Origin: an uncultured bacterium
GTDB taxonomy: Bacteria > Omnitrophota > Gorgyraeia > Duberdicusellales > CBEUCJ01
Assembly: GCA_965541615.1 (NCBI GenBank)
Contig: CBEUCJ010000003.1
Location: forward strand, 129,941 to 193,940
Direction: 5' to 3'
DNA length: 64,000 nucleotides
The position numbers and the translations under genes were made by a program. This document shows, piece by piece, positions 58,761-64,000 of this stretch. Each line of letters opens with the position of its first letter. Position 1 is the stretch's first letter. The notes under the pieces are model-generated. The model worked only from the letters and a program-made list of their open reading frames with translations, made no database searches and was not told the DNA's origin.

Positions 58761-59775
58761 CTTCTACTTCTATTATCTTTTTTTCATAATCTACTTTAAA
58801 CATTTTGCCAAAAAATTTTTCACATACCCAAATATTGGTTTTGGTGTGATTAGTAATCTCTGAAGTTTTAACTTTGCCTCCTAAAAGAGCTAAATATGGG
58901 ACCACATTATCTGCAAAATGTAGATCAACACAAGCTTTGTTTTCTATCTCAAATAAGAATTTGTTAATAGCTTCTTTTGCTACTTCTTCTGCAGTCTTTT
59001 TTCTCTCTCCTAAAGAATCTGCCCACAATAAGTTATCTTTTTCAGTCAAACCCAATAGATGAAGCTCTGAACCAGGTGAAAGTGTCTGAACATACTCAAC
59101 TTTTTCTTCATACTTAACACTGATCTTTTTTAACAAAACTTCTCTCACAGGTACTAATTGTCTTTCAGCTACTTTTCTTTCTCTCAAATCTAAAGAAGCT
59201 ATACTTTTAGCTATTACTTTTCTTATAGGAGAAAACTCAAAGTATTCTATCCTTTTAAGATTTCTTTGAGGAAAGAATCTCAAAAAAATTTTACCTCCTC
59301 CTTTAGGATAATAACCTCTTTTTAATATCTTCAACTCCAAATTCAGACCTAACAGTTTGAAAACGACTTGAGGATAGTAATCTACAGGTATTGCCCATTT
59401 ACCAAAAGTCCCTCCTGTAACTTCTATTTCTATCTCTTCTCTTACTGCAAATACAAGTGCTAATAAAAGACTCTGTAACAATAGACCAATAGAACCAGCT
59501 GTTCCTATATCTAACTTTAATCTTTTATTTTTTAATTCTTTTGAAGGATAGAATTCTATAGATTGAGATCCTATAAAATCACCTTTACATTCTGCAGAAA
59601 ATAATTCTTTATAAGCTTTTATCACATAAAGGTGTTGAGATTTTAATCCAGGTTCAGGTCTATTTTTTCTTATATTATAAACCTTGATAGGAGTATTAGT
59701 AATTACTGAAAGTGCTAAAGACGTCCTTAATATTTGACCTCCTCCTTCTAAATAACTTCCATCTATTTCTAACAT
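58744..59775 (-). CDS. rtcA: RNA 3'-terminal phosphate cyclase
   Basis: IDGSYLEGGGQILRTSLALSVIT N-terminus and the overall RtcA pattern; 343 aa. Confidence 0.8.
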   Translation of the reverse strand: MLEIDGSYLEGGGQILRTSLALSVITNTPIKVYNIRKNRPEPGLKSQHLYVIKAYKELFSAECKGDFIGSQSIEFYPSKELKNKRLKLDIGTAGSIGLLLQSLLLALVFAVREEIEIEVTGGTFGKWAIPVDYYPQVVFKLLGLNLELKILKRGYYPKGGGKIFLRFFPQRNLKRIEYFEFSPIRKVIAKSIASLDLRERKVAERQLVPVREVLLKKISVKYEEKVEYVQTLSPGSELHLLGLTEKDNLLWADSLGERKKTAEEVAKEAINKFLFEIENKACVDLHFADNVVPYLALLGGKVKTSEITNHTKTNIWVCEKFFGKMFKVDYEKKIIEVEDGKIT

Positions 59776-59802
59776 AATTTATTTGAAATTTTAATAAAGA
59801 AT

Positions 59803-60744
59803 CTATCTTTGATATTCAGAAAAGTAGTCTTGTAAGATTTTTTTATGGTCAAAAGCTATCTTTAACCTTTTAATCTCTTTTTCAGAAAATAACCTTGCAT
59901 TCTTAGCATCAGATGAAGCTGAAAAATCTTTATTTTGAGGTTCAATTATAAAAACGCATGAGACTGTATGAAAGCGGGGGTCTCTATTTGGATTTGAATA
60001 TACTTTAAAAAACTTCAAAGACTTTGTCTTAATATTGGTTTCTTCTTCTACTTCTCTTTTCACTGCTTCTTCTATGCTTTCTCCTGTATCTACAAATCCT
60101 CCAGGCAAAGCCCATCCTAAAGGAGGGTTCTTCCTTTCTATCAAAAGAACTTTTTTATCTATCTCTATTATCCCATCTACAGTTAAAAAAGGTCCTCTTT
60201 GAATTTTATGGTAAATATAATTTATGTAGGAAGGAACAATTCTTTTAAAGATTTTAAAAGCTTTATCTTTCATTAAAACAAATCCTATCTCTTTTAAAAA
60301 TACATTCTCATTAAAATGAATAAATTTAAATACTTCCTGAGCCATAATTTTGGCACTCATCTCAAAAGGAAATTTTTCTATCCCACACCCTAAAGCAGGT
60401 ATTCCTATTGAGGTTATCTTAAACTCCTGAGTTTTTAACAACACATTACAAACAGCTTTTCTTATTATTTTTTCATTAGTTCTTATCTTTGAATTCACAG
60501 TAGCTACATGAATAATATACTTTGCTTTTAAATTTCCAGCTTTTGTAACTATGGTTTCAGTCTGCTTAATAGGAGCAAATTTTTTTGCTTGTCTGTAAAT
60601 AGATACTCCTCCTTTTTCTTTAATAGCTAAAGCTAAACCTTCCTTCATACTTAAATTTGGATCTACAGGATTTACTATTGCTTCAAAATCAGTATTAAGA
60701 ATATCTCCTTTTAAAATTTTAATATTGACTCCTTTTAATCTCAT
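59803..60744 (-). CDS. Macro domain - NUDIX hydrolase fusion protein
   Basis: N-terminal macro (GDILNTDFEAIVNPV...IIHVATVN...SIGIPALGCGIEKFP) and a C-terminal Nudix box (GGFVDTGESIEEAVKREVEEETNI). Confidence 0.75.
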   Translation of the reverse strand: MRLKGVNIKILKGDILNTDFEAIVNPVDPNLSMKEGLALAIKEKGGVSIYRQAKKFAPIKQTETIVTKAGNLKAKYIIHVATVNSKIRTNEKIIRKAVCNVLLKTQEFKITSIGIPALGCGIEKFPFEMSAKIMAQEVFKFIHFNENVFLKEIGFVLMKDKAFKIFKRIVPSYINYIYHKIQRGPFLTVDGIIEIDKKVLLIERKNPPLGWALPGGFVDTGESIEEAVKREVEEETNIKTKSLKFFKVYSNPNRDPRFHTVSCVFIIEPQNKDFSASSDAKNARLFSEKEIKRLKIAFDHKKILQDYFSEYQR

Positions 60745-61382
60745 ATGAGTTTTTTTAATTCTTTTATTAAGGATTCTATTTCTGAAATGAGTTCTTGAGA
60801 GGGTGATGTTTTTAATTTATATAAATCTTGCTCTATCTTCTTTATAATCTCTTCTCTTTTGGTAGCATTTTCTTCTAAATACTTTCTTAATTCTTCAATA
60901 TAAAAAGCTACCTCTTTAAACTCATCTGTTTTTCTTACTCTTACTGGAGGGATTTGCTTACCTTCTGAAAGCATCTTTAAGTACTTGGTAAGCCTTGAGA
61001 TAGGACCTGCTGTTCTGTGAAAAAATACAGAGAGTATAAAGAATATACTTATTAACAAGATTAAAAGACCTCCTGTCAAATATATCTTTACTTGTTGGAG
61101 AGTTAGGTAATTTAAATCTTTCATTTTATTTAATAGGGAAGGGGTCTTTAAAGGTATTTTTTTACTTAAAAAATCAAAAATATAATCTGAAGTCTTTAAT
61201 TGATAATTTAAAATAGCATTTACAGCTAACCAATAAACTCCTAAGATTAAGATTATGGGAACGAGGATTTTAAATACATATTTAACCTGATGCTGAAAGC
61301 TGACTATGTATTTTCTTCTCCTTCTCATCGCCAAAAAAGCTAAATATCTTTTCCCAATCTCCTTTCCTCCAGGCTTCATCAT
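60741..61382 (-). CDS. membrane protein with HAMP domain (no output domain)
   Basis: Two TM helices flank a short loop, followed by a HAMP-like segment (RTAGPISRLTKYLKMLSEGKQIPPVRVRKTDEFKEV) and a coiled-coil tail. The 5' end overlaps the upstream gene, so the true start is probably an internal Met (about 61328). Confidence 0.5.
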   Translation of the reverse strand: MMKPGGKEIGKRYLAFLAMRRRRKYIVSFQHQVKYVFKILVPIILILGVYWLAVNAILNYQLKTSDYIFDFLSKKIPLKTPSLLNKMKDLNYLTLQQVKIYLTGGLLILLISIFFILSVFFHRTAGPISRLTKYLKMLSEGKQIPPVRVRKTDEFKEVAFYIEELRKYLEENATKREEIIKKIEQDLYKLKTSPSQELISEIESLIKELKKLI

Positions 61383-62682
61383 AGATTCTGGCTAACTCAG
61401 CTGAATACTCATCTAAAGCTCTTACAATATTTTCATCTTTAACTAAAGATTCTGCTCCAGGATGAGTAGGGTAAGCAGGATATTTTTTTAAATACTCTCT
61501 TAAAACCTGAGGTCTATCTATTATCATACAACTACGCAAAGTATTTCCATCATAGGGAATATTTTTTCTAATCTCTGTAAAAAACTCAGAATTTAAGACC
61601 TCAACCAAACTTTTTTCTTTTAGGTTATCTACAGCAAAATGGCAAAATACACAAGGCTCAACATCTCCATTAACATTTATATGTAAGTACCTCTTACCTC
61701 CTGCCATACATCCTCCAACAGATGGTCCATCATTCCAAAAATCAGCTAAAAGTATAGGGTATTTTTTTCTTAATTCATATATCCTTCTTCTTGATAAATC
61801 TCTTTGAGAAGGTGTGGGCATTAAATCTGGATTAGGATTATGTCCAATAGGCACATAATTAAAATACCATCCTACTAAACACCCTCTTTCTACCATAAAC
61901 TCTACAAATTCTTGACTCGTAACTTCATATACATTCTCTCTTGTAGTAGTAACTGAATATCCAAAGGTTATCCCCTCTTTCTTAAGACTTTCCATAACAC
62001 TAATTATTTTTTCAAAGACACCTTTACCTCTTCTTTTATCTGTAATCTCTTTAAAACCTTCTACACTTATCATTATTCCTACATTCCCTAAATCTTTTAA
62101 AATCTTTATCTCTTTATCTCCAATTAAAGTTCCATTGGTATAAATATGAAAGAACATATCTTGGTTTCTCTTATAAATTTCAAATAGATCTTTTCTTATA
62201 AAAGGCTCTCCTCCTGTAATAGTTATAAAATGAATCCCAATCTCTCTGCATTCGTTTATTATTCTTTGTAAAAATTCTAATGGCATATCTAAACTTCCTC
62301 TATAACGATGAGCCCAACAACCTTTACAATTTAAATTACATCTCGCAGTAACAGATATAACGATATGTTGAGGAGGATAAAAACCATATTTTTTTTCAAA
62401 TTCTTTTCTTTTATTAACAGAAGTAACAGCAGATTTCAGAAGTATATTTTTGATTAAGGCTAATTTTGCTTTTGGGTTTAGTTGGGTAGAAGCTCTCTTT
62501 AACCACTTATTTAAGAAACTATCATAAATATTGAGACTTTTTTTTAATAAAGGGAATCTATCATAAAGGAATCTTAATTTAAATATTCTATCTAACAGAA
62601 AGGGGTTCTTATGGTTTGAATTTAAAAATATCTTTTCAATTAAGAAAGCTAAAAATGGTTCTAAAAAATTTATCCTATTCAT
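61282..62682 (-). CDS. radical SAM protein with C-terminal SPASM/twitch domain
   Basis: CNLNCKGCW (Cx3Cx2C), a GGEPF motif, and C-terminal CMAGG...VNGDVEPCVFC auxiliary-cluster motifs. A ~100 aa N-terminal and ~80 aa C-terminal extension are present. Confidence 0.75.
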   Translation of the reverse strand: MNRINFLEPFLAFLIEKIFLNSNHKNPFLLDRIFKLRFLYDRFPLLKKSLNIYDSFLNKWLKRASTQLNPKAKLALIKNILLKSAVTSVNKRKEFEKKYGFYPPQHIVISVTARCNLNCKGCWAHRYRGSLDMPLEFLQRIINECREIGIHFITITGGEPFIRKDLFEIYKRNQDMFFHIYTNGTLIGDKEIKILKDLGNVGIMISVEGFKEITDKRRGKGVFEKIISVMESLKKEGITFGYSVTTTRENVYEVTSQEFVEFMVERGCLVGWYFNYVPIGHNPNPDLMPTPSQRDLSRRRIYELRKKYPILLADFWNDGPSVGGCMAGGKRYLHINVNGDVEPCVFCHFAVDNLKEKSLVEVLNSEFFTEIRKNIPYDGNTLRSCMIIDRPQVLREYLKKYPAYPTHPGAESLVKDENIVRALDEYSAELARIYDEAWRKGDWEKIFSFFGDEKEKKIHSQLSASG

Positions 62683-63736
62683 CTTCAGTAAACCACTTTT
62701 TTATTTTTTTATTATATTTTATAAAAAGATTATATCCAAATTTAGATGTATTATACAACAAAAAAGACAAAAATGCATGTTTCTTAAATTTAGAGAGGAT
62801 ATATTTTTTTATAATTTTTGAATAATTTTTTAAATCTTTTTTTCTATTTAAAAATTCAGATATACAAATACTTGCCAACTTTGAAGATTTCAAAGCCCAA
62901 TATATACCCTCTCCTGAAAGAGGATTAACCAAACCTGCAGCTTCTCCTGCTAAAATCACTCTTTTATTTAATATTAAAGGAGGATTAAAAACATTTATAT
63001 AAATAGGCCAGAAGTAAGAAAATCTTACCTTAAAATCTGTTAATAAGTTTTTACTCAACCATTCTTTTAAAAAGCTTTCAGCTTTTTGAGCATCTAAACC
63101 TGCTCCTCCTACTCCACATGATAAAATGTCTTTTTTGGGAAATATCCAAAAATATCCTCTAACTCTGTTATCAAAGTTTATCAGTATTTTTTGCTTAAAA
63201 TTATCTAACCTTTGAACTTCTATCTCTTTTTCCAAAGTTAAAATAAAGCTCTTTGTTTTTATGTCTGCTAATCTCCTTATAGTAGAAAAAACTCCATCAC
63301 ATCCTACTAAAACTTTACATCTAAAGACTCTTTTATTAACACTCTCTATAACTACTCCCTCATCCTCAATTTTAAAATTCAAAACTCCTTCTTTTAAAAA
63401 TACTTTTGCTCCTTTCTCTTCTGCCTTTTTTAAAAGGAAATAATCAAAGTTTTCTCTTTTAACTGTGAAAGCTAAAAAATCTTTAGCTAAAATTTTCTTT
63501 TTATTACAAAAATTATAACTGAATTCTATCTCTTTAATGTAATCTTCTATTACTTGTGAAATATCAAAATCTATTAATTTTAAAATCTTTTTAGGAAGAC
63601 CACCTGCACATACTTTATACCTAGGGAAATTACTTTTTTCTAAGATACATACTTTAAAACCTAATGAAGCTAAATTATATCCCAAAAAACTCCCACAAGG
63701 TCCTCCTCCAGAGATTACTACATCATATCTTTCCAT
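62675..63736 (-). CDS. FAD-dependent oxidoreductase, geranylgeranyl reductase family
   Basis: N-terminal dinucleotide fold YDVVISGGGPCGS and the overall GGR/FixC-like pattern; 353 aa. Confidence 0.7.
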   Translation of the reverse strand: MERYDVVISGGGPCGSFLGYNLASLGFKVCILEKSNFPRYKVCAGGLPKKILKLIDFDISQVIEDYIKEIEFSYNFCNKKKILAKDFLAFTVKRENFDYFLLKKAEEKGAKVFLKEGVLNFKIEDEGVVIESVNKRVFRCKVLVGCDGVFSTIRRLADIKTKSFILTLEKEIEVQRLDNFKQKILINFDNRVRGYFWIFPKKDILSCGVGGAGLDAQKAESFLKEWLSKNLLTDFKVRFSYFWPIYINVFNPPLILNKRVILAGEAAGLVNPLSGEGIYWALKSSKLASICISEFLNRKKDLKNYSKIIKKYILSKFKKHAFLSFLLYNTSKFGYNLFIKYNKKIKKWFTEDE

Positions 63737-63761
63737 AAAAAATTAATTTTTTTATAAAATA

Positions 63762-64000
63762 TTACTCTTCTTTTTGAGAGAGGAGTTTATCTACCAATTT
63801 CCTAATATACTCTCTATCACAGTCAGCTATCTCTATAAATTCAATCCCTGTCTCAAAACTAACAGGTTTCCTTTCTAAGGGATTTACTCTTTCTTTTACC
63901 CAAATTACCTTTCCTTTACATTTTATAGGCTTTTCTTTATCTACAAAAATCTCTAAACCTACAATTGTAAATGGTCTTAATTTCTCTTCTAATATTACCT
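63762..64000 (-). CDS. PilZ-domain protein (partial; N-terminus beyond window end)
   Basis: Not in the ORF track because truncated. Manual reverse-complement translation gives ...FTIVGLEIFVDKEKPIKCKGKVIWVKERVNPLERKPVSFETGIEFIEIADCDREYIRKLVDKLLSQKEE*, the C-terminal half of a PilZ fold. Stop codon at 63762-63764. Confidence 0.55.
   Translation of the reverse strand, partial: VILEEKLRPFTIVGLEIFVDKEKPIKCKGKVIWVKERVNPLERKPVSFETGIEFIEIADCDREYIRKLVDKLLSQKEE

Noticed and set aside
1-64000. CRISPR arrays, tandem repeats, tRNA/rRNA genes, transposases/integrases
   Set aside because: No regularly spaced direct repeats, no cloverleaf-compatible sequences in the very short intergenic spacers, and no transposase or integrase-like ORFs were found. 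The GC-rich pilin gene is not flanked by mobility genes.

Overview
Strongly AT-rich bacterial chromosomal segment with K-rich proteins and AGGAGG-type ribosome binding sites. It is packed with tightly coupled operons, and almost every gene lies on the minus strand; the only plus-strand exceptions are rpmB, an nptA/phoU-like/rumA-like block and trmI. From low to high coordinates (minus-strand genes are transcribed from high to low coordinates): a partial Fe-dependent alcohol dehydrogenase and a nitroreductase; a riboflavin operon (ribBA-ribH-nusB-PHP-ribD); rpmB; recJ, argS, rsfS and an M16 peptidase; a trpGDCFBA operon without trpE, translationally coupled downstream of rho-rpmE-prfA-prmC-murA; coaE, glgA and polA. 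A ~14 kb type IV pilus locus follows, transcribed starting from 38913: a PilP-like protein, a stand-alone secretin N0/STN-domain protein, a short PilQ secretin, PilB, a TM/zinc-ribbon protein, a GC-rich and K-poor major pilin, an ABC-2 transporter pair, a TPR membrane protein, three minor pilins with non-canonical -1 residues, a PilX-like protein, PilC, a PilM-PilN fusion, a PilO-like protein, a CheR methyltransferase fused to a ComFB-like domain, and a TPR protein. Beyond it lie a SplB-like radical SAM and two B12-binding radical SAM genes flanking a Na/Pi cotransporter plus PhoU-like pair, RNA methyltransferases, a NUDIX protein, a 1088-aa unknown protein, and an ECF sigma / zf-HC2 anti-sigma / LTXXQ (Spy-like) operon with a clear intrinsic terminator. 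The remainder holds DUF763, TrmI, a sirtuin, PgeF, RmuC, TtcA-like and DUF62 proteins, RtcA next to a Macro-NUDIX fusion, a HAMP membrane protein, a radical SAM/SPASM protein beside a geranylgeranyl-reductase-family flavoprotein, and a partial PilZ gene at the window end. No rRNA, tRNA, CRISPR or transposase was seen. Most worth follow-up: the atypical pilus locus (split secretin, pilin compositional outlier, non-canonical prepilin sites, CheR-ComFB fusion) and the uncharacterised radical-SAM neighbourhoods.
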